Assembly: GCA_038153405.1 (NCBI GenBank)
Contig: JAYOYH010000047.1
Span: 1-35,451 of the forward strand
Length of the DNA: 35,451 bases
Source: Gemmatimonadota bacterium
Lineage (GTDB): Bacteria; Latescibacterota; UBA2968; UBA8231
Direction of reading: 5' to 3'
Shown here: piece by piece, positions 24,997 to 33,268 of the stretch
How the letters are laid out: every line of letters begins with the position of its first letter
Numbering within the stretch: position 1 is the first letter of the stretch
The notes under the pieces: model-generated
Databases searched by the model: none
Seen by the model: the letters and a program-made list of their open reading frames with translations, nothing else
What the model was told of the DNA's origin: nothing
Translations under genes and position numbers: made by a program

Positions 24997-27378
24997 GTGA
25001 TCGGCAAAACAGCGATTATCGGCGCACTTACACTGCTATTCCCACTGTCTATGCGGGCGCACGGCGACCAGCTGCGCTTCGACAGCGCAGAGCAGTGGGC
25101 GCGCTGGAAGGCACCGCACGGCCTGGTGCACACCGAAGACGGCCGCCTGCGCTTGGCCAAGTTCCGCAAGCGCATTAACGCCGTTGAGGACGCCCACCTA
25201 TTCGCCCATGCCACGCAGCAGCGCGGCCAGGTAAACGGCGGTATCTGGGCCGTAGGCTCTAATCGCGAAAGCGCTGCCAACGCCATCGACGGGGATCCGA
25301 CTACCTACTGGCAACCCGACCCACAGGCGCAGTTGGAAGATTGGTCGCTCGATATCGACTTGGGGCGCGCCGTGCTCGCCGAAGCCATCGTCCTCACGTT
25401 CCCCGACATCGAGCTTGCGCGCCCTTTTGAGCAGTTTACCCTATACATCTCCACCGGTGCGCGCATCAAGGCCACCGAAGACATATTTAGCTTTACTCCC
25501 GCCTATCGCACAACGCGTCCCAATCGCCAGACCTCCATTGTCATCCCGCTCGAATACACCGGCACCGACAGCACCATGCTACTCGATAGCGAGCTGAGCG
25601 AAGACCGGCGCATCGGCACGCAAAAGTACCGCGTCATCCAGTATATAAGCCTGACGGCCGACGGCAAGAACGAGGGGGCGGCACTGGCCGAAATTGAAGT
25701 GCTAACCGCCGGCGACAATATTAGCATCGGCACGCTGCAGCGCGGTAAATTTGCCAACGGCACGGTGGTGGGCACGCCGGAAAACCTATTTGATGCCGAC
25801 CTCAACACCTTCTGCCTCGTCACTTCTGGACACGAGGGCGAAGCGGGTGCAAACGCCTCTTGGGAGAGCAGCGGTACCTGGTGGAGCGTCGACCTAGGGG
25901 CGACGTTTTTCGTCGACGATCTCTTCCTATACTACCAAAACCGCGGCGAGGGCGTTTCTAGCTTTATCTGGTTTTATGGCAACTCCGGACCGGGTCATCG
26001 AGTTCTCTACTCTGCCGATAGAGGCACGGGCAACAGCGCTACGCCCACCGATCAGGCACTCGATTTCGACGAACTAGTTACGCACCTCAATCCGCGCAAC
26101 GACGGACTTTTCCAGATTCGCTATATCTTTGCAACGCGCAAAATGCGCCATCTATTCTGGCACGGCACGACACCCCTCGATTGGCAGGAGTCACGCAGTC
26201 TAGAAATGATGCTCTTTTCGCCCGGCTATCCGGCCGAGGTCACCATGCGCTCGGATTTTATCGATCTGGGCACCGAGCGCGGCGATGGGTATCCCAAAGT
26301 CATCAAGAGCCTGCACTGGGATGCCGACATTCCACCCGGCACTCAGCTACAATTGCGCTCGCGCTCCGGCAACCAACTGCGCCAGCTGCTGACGTTTTAT
26401 GACAAGAAGCACGACGAAGTGACCGAGACCAAGTACAACAGCCTGCCCAACGTGCTCAAGGGCGCCATCGACACGACGCTGATCGTGGGTGAAGACTGGG
26501 ACGATTGGAGTAACGTCTACCAAGTCTCGGGCGAATCGTTCCTTTCAAAAAGCCCGCGCCGCTACGTGCAGTTGGAGCTGATCCTCTCCACCGACGACCC
26601 CGACGTCGCGGTGGAAGTCGAGGCGCTGAGCATCCATTTCGAGGACGCGCTATTGCAGAGCGCGCGCGGTCACATCCTTCCGCGCAACGCGCGACCCAAT
26701 GAGGACACGCACTTCACCTACACGCTTTTGACGCACAGCGATGAGCGCGACGCGGGCTTTGATCGCCTGCGCTTTGCCCTGCCTGCTGCCAGCAGCGACG
26801 TCGAAGTACGCGTCGGCGGCCAGCCCGTAGAACTCAGCCGTTTAGACCAACGGGGTGACTCGCTCCTCATCGATCTGCCGACCGTGGTATTGGGCGATTC
26901 CGTAGAAGTCGATTTCACGACGCGCGTCGTGCAAAACGCCACCGTCTTCGGCTTGGATCTCGGCTATAGTGCACACCCCGGCCTGTGGCAATCGGTCGAG
27001 CCCGTCGAGCGCCGCGCCAATATCGTTATGCTACCCGAGTTGGTCGACAGCAGCGAACTCATAGGTGATCTAGCGCTGTCCTCGCCCGTGCTGACGCCCA
27101 ACGGCGACGGCATAAACGACGCGCTATCCATTCGCTTCGTGCCCTTTAAATGGGAAGCGACTGAGCGAACCGCGCAAGCCTGCGTCTTCGATCTGGCCGG
27201 ACGCCTGATAGCCGAACTGGCTGCGCCGCACATCGACGGCGCAGCACACGTCTTTACCTGGTCGGGGCACGCAGCCAATGGCGCGCGCGTTCCGCCGGGC
27301 AGCTATGTGTTGCGCATCGACTTAGCAGCGGATTCCGGCCGCGACACGGCGCTGCGCAGCGTGGCTGTCGCCTACTGA
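24997..27378 (+). CDS. Secreted hypothetical protein with discoidin-like regions and C-terminal TPNGDGxND / FlgD-Ig-like domain
   Basis: GTG start after AGGAGG, signal peptide, NAIDGDPTTYW...IDLGR, NLFDADLNT...VDLG, RSRSGN, W.DWS, and the C-terminus LTPNGDGIND...WSG...G.RVPPGSY...AVAY. Confidence 0.8.
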   Translation: MIGKTAIIGALTLLFPLSMRAHGDQLRFDSAEQWARWKAPHGLVHTEDGRLRLAKFRKRINAVEDAHLFAHATQQRGQVNGGIWAVGSNRESAANAIDGDPTTYWQPDPQAQLEDWSLDIDLGRAVLAEAIVLTFPDIELARPFEQFTLYISTGARIKATEDIFSFTPAYRTTRPNRQTSIVIPLEYTGTDSTMLLDSELSEDRRIGTQKYRVIQYISLTADGKNEGAALAEIEVLTAGDNISIGTLQRGKFANGTVVGTPENLFDADLNTFCLVTSGHEGEAGANASWESSGTWWSVDLGATFFVDDLFLYYQNRGEGVSSFIWFYGNSGPGHRVLYSADRGTGNSATPTDQALDFDELVTHLNPRNDGLFQIRYIFATRKMRHLFWHGTTPLDWQESRSLEMMLFSPGYPAEVTMRSDFIDLGTERGDGYPKVIKSLHWDADIPPGTQLQLRSRSGNQLRQLLTFYDKKHDEVTETKYNSLPNVLKGAIDTTLIVGEDWDDWSNVYQVSGESFLSKSPRRYVQLELILSTDDPDVAVEVEALSIHFEDALLQSARGHILPRNARPNEDTHFTYTLLTHSDERDAGFDRLRFALPAASSDVEVRVGGQPVELSRLDQRGDSLLIDLPTVVLGDSVEVDFTTRVVQNATVFGLDLGYSAHPGLWQSVEPVERRANIVMLPELVDSSELIGDLALSSPVLTPNGDGINDALSIRFVPFKWEATERTAQACVFDLAGRLIAELAAPHIDGAAHVFTWSGHAANGARVPPGSYVLRIDLAADSGRDTALRSVAVAY

Positions 27379-27472
27379 GCACCGCCAAACGATCCGAATC
27401 CATGCGCTTGTTGCGACTATATGCCCTACTACGCCTCGTAGAAATTGCTTTGCATAAGAGCATGTCGACACC

Positions 27473-28171
27473 ATGAGTGGACGCGGAGAAAAGCTGCGCG
27501 GCATAGCCGAACGTTTAGCGCACCTGCTGGAAGAGCGCTTCGACCGACCGGCCACGTTTGCGCTGGAGGCCACGCTCGACTGGCTGCCCAGCGTGCCAGA
27601 CCGGGCGCAGTACGCAGCTGTATGGAACGACCTCGAAGCCGTCTATGCAGCGCTGGTCGAAGGGCGTTGGACATTGGCTGCTCGCCTAGAAGCCCATGCC
27701 AATGCGCTGCGCTTTGGCCCCATGCGGGTCGACGCCTATTTCGATGCGCCCTACAGCTTTATTTTTGAATTCGACGAAGAGCAGCACATTAACACGCACC
27801 GCCTGCGCACGTTGGATGCCGCATCGTTTTACAGTCGATGCTCTTTTGACGTAGCAGGCTACAAGGCGGCCTGTAGTCTGCGTCCAGCCCTGCCGGGCGA
27901 GACGAGTTTTTTTAAACTCAAAAGCGACGACCCGCTCTTTCCGCCGCTATTAGCAGGCGCTGCGCAGGACAACCGCACGCGCCAGCGCGCCTTCCGCGAC
28001 GCGCTGAAAGACGCCGCGCCGTTCGCTTTGGCCCACCTCAATCCGACGCTGCGCATCTCGTGGGAAGTGGCGCACGACAAGCGCGGCTACTTTGACGAGC
28101 GCGACATCGACGCGGTGCAAGCACACCTGATCTCCAACGGCTTTCTGGACGGAATGGCTCTGCGAGAATAG
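27473..28171 (+). CDS. Hypothetical protein with restriction endonuclease-like (DUF559/Vsr-type) motif
   Basis: RVDAYF......FEFDEEQH (D...ExDxxxH) plus a C-terminal QRAFRD..KD helix and LRI strand. Confidence 0.6.
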   Translation: MSGRGEKLRGIAERLAHLLEERFDRPATFALEATLDWLPSVPDRAQYAAVWNDLEAVYAALVEGRWTLAARLEAHANALRFGPMRVDAYFDAPYSFIFEFDEEQHINTHRLRTLDAASFYSRCSFDVAGYKAACSLRPALPGETSFFKLKSDDPLFPPLLAGAAQDNRTRQRAFRDALKDAAPFALAHLNPTLRISWEVAHDKRGYFDERDIDAVQAHLISNGFLDGMALRE

Positions 28172-28243
28172 ATTTCTCGCGTTCGCTATTTTTGCGTACT
28201 CCACCTGCATTCCTGCAGTTCTGCCACCAACAGAGGTAACAGC

Positions 28244-28993
28244 ATGTATCAGACCACCCCCGACAATCTAAGCGAAGAGAAGGTAGACCTTTTTCGCCAG
28301 CGCGGCTTTGTAAAAATACCCGGCATTATTTCCAAGGAGGAAGCCGCCCATTTTCACGACGCGGCACTGGCGGCCAGCGCGCAAATTGACCAAGGTCGCA
28401 ACCGACCCGTCTTCAGCCAGCACGTCAACGTCTGGCGCCAAGACGACGCCATGCGCGCATTGACGCTGCACAAAAACGTCGGCGCCGTCGCACAGCGCTT
28501 GGCCGGCGCACCTCTGCGCCTCTGGCACGACCACATTCTCATCAAACAGCCCAACAACCAAGTCGCCACCGAATTTCACCAAGACCAGCCCTACTGGCCG
28601 CACGCCAACTCGCCCAACGCTCTGTCGGCGTGGATCGCCCTGTGCGACGTGCCGGTGGAGCGCGGCTGCATGAGCTTTATCGCCGGTTCACATCGGCATA
28701 CCGAGCTAACGGCACAGAACCTGCTCGACGGACGCGATCTCTTCGGCAAATGCCCTGAGCTAGAGTACGAGGAGCGCGTAACGCTGCCCTTACAAGCGGG
28801 CGACTGCACCTTCCACCACGCGCGCTGCGCGCATATGGCCGTGCCCAACCAAACGGATGTGCCGCGGGTGGCGCACGTCGTCATCTTCATGGACCAGACG
28901 ACCACCTACGTGGCCAAAAACCACGTCGTAACCGATCCACTCGACCTACAGGAGGGACAACTCATTGAAGGGGAACTCTTCCCCGCGGTATGA
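28244..28993 (+). CDS. PhyH family Fe(II)/2OG oxygenase
   Basis: F...GF, WHDHILIK.P, FHQDQPYWP, WIAL.D...E.GCM.FIAGSH, AGD.TFHH....H.A.PN.T..PR. Confidence 0.93.
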   Translation: MYQTTPDNLSEEKVDLFRQRGFVKIPGIISKEEAAHFHDAALAASAQIDQGRNRPVFSQHVNVWRQDDAMRALTLHKNVGAVAQRLAGAPLRLWHDHILIKQPNNQVATEFHQDQPYWPHANSPNALSAWIALCDVPVERGCMSFIAGSHRHTELTAQNLLDGRDLFGKCPELEYEERVTLPLQAGDCTFHHARCAHMAVPNQTDVPRVAHVVIFMDQTTTYVAKNHVVTDPLDLQEGQLIEGELFPAV

Positions 28994-29005
28994 GAGACTG
29001 ACCTC

Positions 29006-29260
29006 TTGGCGCGCAAAGACATCCGCACGATATCGATACACTGCGCTGCCTGCAAGGCGCTGCTCTACAAATACCACAAGGGCGGACGCGGTGGCTTGGT
29101 GAAGTGCCTAGTCGAGCGCATTGTAGAAGACCACACGGCCGGCGACTGCACCTGCCCCCAGTGCGGTCAAGAATTTGCTCGGCAGCGCATGATGGAGGGC
29201 AAACCGGCGCATAAAATCATTCAGGGCAAGGTCTTTACCAAAGGAATGTCGCGAAAATAG
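29006..29260 (+). CDS. Small basic putative zinc-ribbon protein
   Basis: CAAC...YKY.KGG.G.LVKC...CPQC; TTG start 12 nt after the PhyH stop; followed by the 8-bp hairpin AGCGGCGC-N5-GCGCCGCT (29269-29289). Confidence 0.7.
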   Translation: MARKDIRTISIHCAACKALLYKYHKGGRGGLVKCLVERIVEDHTAGDCTCPQCGQEFARQRMMEGKPAHKIIQGKVFTKGMSRK

Positions 29261-29502
29261 GCGACCGCAGCGGCGCTGGACGCGCCGCTCAGTCTGACTC
29301 ATTTTCTTCGCATGGCGCATTCCGAACCGCAGCGCGATCGCACGCCCTTCTGGCAAGATACCCATTGACTGCACATATCTTATGCCATAAATAATGGGGA
29401 CCGCCAAGCGGCGACCGCGCTGTTGCACATGCCTCGTGCACGCGCACTGCAGCGCACGATGTATGCTTTTTTATCAATACCATTACCACGGAGTACTACG
29501 AC

Positions 29503-30582
29503 ATGAGCGATTATTTCGTCTATATAGGCACCTACTCAAACAGCGACAGCGAAGGCGTCTACGTCCAGCGCTTCGATATGGCCAGCGGCGCCCTCTCGCC
29601 CGTCAGCACCCACGGCGAAGTTGAAAATCCCTCGTTTCTCGACCTCTCTCCCGACCGCCGCTTTCTCTATGTCATTGGCGAGGTCGGTCAGGTCGACGGG
29701 CGTCCTGGCGGTGCGATCGGCGCCTACGCCATCGATCCAGCCAGCGGCTCACTAACCCATCTAAACACCGAATCGACCGTCGGCCCCGGCCCCTGCCACG
29801 TCAGCGTTGACGCCACGGGCCGCTACGTGCTAGTCGCCAATTACGGCGGCGGCAGCGTGGCCATACTGCCCGTGCGCGATGACGGCTCGCTCGGCGAGGC
29901 CAGCGATTTTGTCCAGCACGAAGGCTCCAGCGTCAATCCCAAGCGCCAGGGAGAACCGCACGCCCACTCGATTATGGTATCGCCCAACAACACGCACGCC
30001 TTCGCGCCCGACCTGGGCATGGACAAGATCGCAATTTACCAGATCGACCACGGCAGCGGCAAATTGGTCGCCGGCAGCCAGCCCTCTATGCAGGTCGAGG
30101 CAGGGCAGGGCCCGCGCCACTTTGATTTCCACCCCAACGACCAGTACGCCTACGTCATCAACGAGTTGGGCAATACGATCGTTTCGTACAATTACGACGC
30201 TGCGGCCGGCACGCTAGCCGCAACGGGTTCAGTTTCGACGCTGCCCGACGATTTTACGGGAACCAGCCATACGGCTGATATTCACGTACACCCCAGCGGA
30301 AAGTTTCTCTACGGCTCGAATAGAGGCCACGACAGCCTGGTCATCTGCGCTATCGACGGCGGCACGGGCCAACTCGAAGTCGTAGGCTACGAACCGACCG
30401 GCGGCAAGAATCCGCGCAACTTTGCCATAGACCCGACGGGCACCTATCTGCTGGCAGCCAATCAGGATACCAACGACATTCACACCTTCCGCATCAATGC
30501 CAATACGGGAGCGCTGGAAAAGACCGGCTGCGTTGCAAGCGTTCCCAGACCCGTCTGCCTCAAGTTCTCTGCCATATTCTAA
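29503..30582 (+). CDS. Lactonase family 7-bladed beta-propeller (6-phosphogluconolactonase YbhE/Pgl-like)
   Basis: YIGTY, NPSFL, GPCHVS, VANYGGGSV, RQ.EPHAH, PDLG.D, GPRH..FHP, NEL, YGSNRGHDS, PRNF. No signal peptide. Confidence 0.93.
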   Translation: MSDYFVYIGTYSNSDSEGVYVQRFDMASGALSPVSTHGEVENPSFLDLSPDRRFLYVIGEVGQVDGRPGGAIGAYAIDPASGSLTHLNTESTVGPGPCHVSVDATGRYVLVANYGGGSVAILPVRDDGSLGEASDFVQHEGSSVNPKRQGEPHAHSIMVSPNNTHAFAPDLGMDKIAIYQIDHGSGKLVAGSQPSMQVEAGQGPRHFDFHPNDQYAYVINELGNTIVSYNYDAAAGTLAATGSVSTLPDDFTGTSHTADIHVHPSGKFLYGSNRGHDSLVICAIDGGTGQLEVVGYEPTGGKNPRNFAIDPTGTYLLAANQDTNDIHTFRINANTGALEKTGCVASVPRPVCLKFSAIF

Positions 30583-31484
30583 TGGCGGAAAAAACGCGCA
30601 GCGTCGGCGTAACCGGTGCACTGGGCAATCTCGGCTGGAAGTTGCTGCTTCACCTGGCCACCCACAGCACCGCTCCACGCTTGGTTGCACTAGATCATAG
30701 AGAGGCCGACCGCGCGCAGCGCGATGCGCTGAGCGATGCAGCCAACGACCGCAAGGTGGACATCGAATTCGTCACCTGCGACTTGACGGACTGGGACGAC
30801 GCGCGCTGGCGCAATGCCTTTGACCGCGTTGAAGCCGTGGTGCACTTTGCCGCGCAAAACCCTTTTCCGGAAGCTTCTTGGAGCGACGTCGATGCGTCGG
30901 CGGCAATGAATTTCAACACGGCGCACGCCGCCGCCGACAGTCCTGCCGTAGAGCGCTATATCTTCGCTACATCCAACCACGTTATGGGTCGCTACAAAGA
31001 CCGCGACTTGGCCGCAGGGGCCTTGCTACCGGAGTTGGAACCGGGCGTCGGCACGCTCTGGCACACCGGCCAGCGCGCTATGGATTCGACGGTCTATGCC
31101 ACAGCGAAGTGGGCCGGTGAACGCCACTGCCAAGCGTTGGGTCGGCGTTCCAACGGATCGACGACCTTTGCCTGCGTGCGCATCGGCTGGTGCCAGCCCG
31201 GTGCCAATCGCCCCAAAACACTTTCGGCTGCCGGCACGCCGACGCAGGCCCACGGCGAACAGGGGCAAAGTACCACCGACCGCTGGTATAAGAGCATGTG
31301 GCTGTCCAACCGCGACTTTTGTCAACTCTTTCAGCGCGCCATCGAGGCCGATGGCAGCACGTGGCCGGGTGGATGTATTGTAGTGCACGGCATGTCAAAC
31401 AACCGCAATATGCCGTGGAATCTCGACGCCACGCGCCAGTATCTTACATATCAACCGCAAGACAACGTATATGAGGAGGGGTAA
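30582..31484 (+). CDS. NAD(P)-dependent extended SDR, uronate dehydrogenase-like
   Basis: GVTGALGNLG, VVHFAA, FATSNHVMG, YATAK, RIG, MWLSNRD. TAATG overlap with the lactonase. Confidence 0.82.
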   Translation: MAEKTRSVGVTGALGNLGWKLLLHLATHSTAPRLVALDHREADRAQRDALSDAANDRKVDIEFVTCDLTDWDDARWRNAFDRVEAVVHFAAQNPFPEASWSDVDASAAMNFNTAHAAADSPAVERYIFATSNHVMGRYKDRDLAAGALLPELEPGVGTLWHTGQRAMDSTVYATAKWAGERHCQALGRRSNGSTTFACVRIGWCQPGANRPKTLSAAGTPTQAHGEQGQSTTDRWYKSMWLSNRDFCQLFQRAIEADGSTWPGGCIVVHGMSNNRNMPWNLDATRQYLTYQPQDNVYEEG

Positions 31485-31486
31485 AT

Positions 31487-32119
31487 ATGGAAACCACACC
31501 ATCGCATAGAATTGCTGACGGGTTTGCCGATATTCTGTACGAAGCGAACTTTGCCTTCCTCGAAGGCAGCCCTGATCCTTCTTTTGCCCTCGACTCATCC
31601 ATGTGCTTGGCCTACGTCAATCCGGCCTATTTGACCTTTGGTTGCGCAAACGGCGGTATAAACAGTGCGGATACCTTCACGGGTATTGGCATCTTCGTAG
31701 GGAATTTTATGAACGAGCCCCTGCGCCAATTCTATCTGAATGCATATACGATGGTCATGGAAAACAACAAAACGTGGAGCCACGACTACGACTGTTCCAG
31801 CCCGAGTCTATACAGGCGCTTTAGGCAGAGCGCATACCCTCTGCCGCAAAAGGGCATAGTGGTGATCAATCACCTGATTGAAGAACGCACTCATACGGCC
31901 AGCTCTGGCCAACCGGTAAAAGCCATTTACTTGAACAAAAATGGGTTAATAGCTCAGTGTTCTCACTGCCGCAAAGTGCGTCAGAGCGAGAGCAATATGC
32001 AGTGGGATTGGGTTTCCGAGTGGGTTGCTAACCCACCAAGCGAAATCACCCATTCGCTATGTGAGTTCTGTGCAGACTACTACTACAAAGGGTTGCAGTT
32101 GACGCTCAACACTGTGTAG
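31487..32119 (+). CDS. PAS-like domain protein with C-terminal Cys/His motif
   Basis: PAS-like N-terminus (FALD....LAYVNPAY) and the C-terminal CSHCRKVR.....W...W......THSLCEFC. GGAGG RBS; visibly more AT-rich than its neighbours. Confidence 0.72.
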   Translation: METTPSHRIADGFADILYEANFAFLEGSPDPSFALDSSMCLAYVNPAYLTFGCANGGINSADTFTGIGIFVGNFMNEPLRQFYLNAYTMVMENNKTWSHDYDCSSPSLYRRFRQSAYPLPQKGIVVINHLIEERTHTASSGQPVKAIYLNKNGLIAQCSHCRKVRQSESNMQWDWVSEWVANPPSEITHSLCEFCADYYYKGLQLTLNTV

Positions 32120-32131
32120 GGTGGCGCGCTG

Positions 32132-33268
32132 TCAACTTACCCGCGGTAACCAGCGCGGGTGATCGGCTCCCTTGCCGTCCAAACCGCTGGTCACCTGACG
32201 TGCACCCTTGCCTTCTGCATCGGCTACCCACACGCTAGGCGACGCGCCCGTCTCTGCTCGACAAAAGAGCAGTCTGGTCCCATCGGGCGATGCGCTCGCA
32301 CGAAAGTCCCAGAAACCTTCCCGCAGCGGCGTCAGCGCCTGCCGCGCTGCTGTCGCCCTATCCAGGCGAATAATCTGCACGCCGCCGCTTGCTCTATTTC
32401 GCTGGAATTCGCGGTTGAAGTGGTCCACATCAGGCCGCTGGGCTTGATAAACCCACGGCACCTGAGCCGCCGGCGACCGATAGGGCACGAGCAGCGCGCC
32501 GTCGTCCGCCCAAGCCACTATATTTGAGCCACCCCCGCGACGCGCAGGCGGTCCGTAGGTGGCGGCAAACCACGATCGCTGTCCCTCCGTCAGCGCGCGC
32601 ATCTCCGAGCCATCGGGACGCGCGATATAGACATCCGCCCAATCGTGGCCGGGATCACCGGCCAATCGACAGCCCATAAAGGCCAGCCATTCTCCATTGG
32701 GCGAAAACTGCGGACCGAAAAACAGCAGCGCGGGATCGGCCGCTACAAGCGTTCGATTCTGTCCATACGCATCGCTCGTCCAAATCTGATAGCCCTGCGG
32801 ACTGGCCAAGTGATACGCCACCCGCTGCCCATCGGGACTGGCTGAGAAACCGTAGGGCAGTCCTTCGCCCAACTGCGTGAACGGATGCGCGTCGGTGCCA
32901 TCGAGTGCGACATTAAATACCTGCCCACCTTCATCGCGGACCACCTGCAGCAGCACTCGATCATCGCCTATGAGTAGCTGCGGCGTCTCAAAGACAGCGC
33001 GGCGCTCTCGTGCTACGACCTCTTCTAAGGCGCCGTTCTCGACGTCGTAGATCCAGCAATGGGTGGGCGTTTTGTGGTAGTATTCGGCAAAGGGACGACC
33101 GGGGCCATCGCGCCGCTCTTCCATGCTTAAAAAGAGCACGCGGCGCCCGTCGGAGAAAAATGCACACGGCTGCCAGGTTTGCTGTAGCGGCACGTCGAAA
33201 TCAAAGTAGCGCACGGCGTCGGCGTCTTGCATGCCTGTTCTACCCTGCGAGGTAAAGAAGAAGCGCAT
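32132..33268 (-). CDS. TolB-like (PD40 repeat) beta-propeller protein
   Basis: Repeats SDGRRVLF, SPDGQRVAY, FSPNGEWLAF, SPDGTRLLF and a terminal HPRW. The ATG overlaps the upstream TGA (TGATG); no signal peptide. Confidence 0.8.
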   Translation of the reverse strand: MRFFFTSQGRTGMQDADAVRYFDFDVPLQQTWQPCAFFSDGRRVLFLSMEERRDGPGRPFAEYYHKTPTHCWIYDVENGALEEVVARERRAVFETPQLLIGDDRVLLQVVRDEGGQVFNVALDGTDAHPFTQLGEGLPYGFSASPDGQRVAYHLASPQGYQIWTSDAYGQNRTLVAADPALLFFGPQFSPNGEWLAFMGCRLAGDPGHDWADVYIARPDGSEMRALTEGQRSWFAATYGPPARRGGGSNIVAWADDGALLVPYRSPAAQVPWVYQAQRPDVDHFNREFQRNRASGGVQIIRLDRATAARQALTPLREGFWDFRASASPDGTRLLFCRAETGASPSVWVADAEGKGARQVTSGLDGKGADHPRWLPRVS

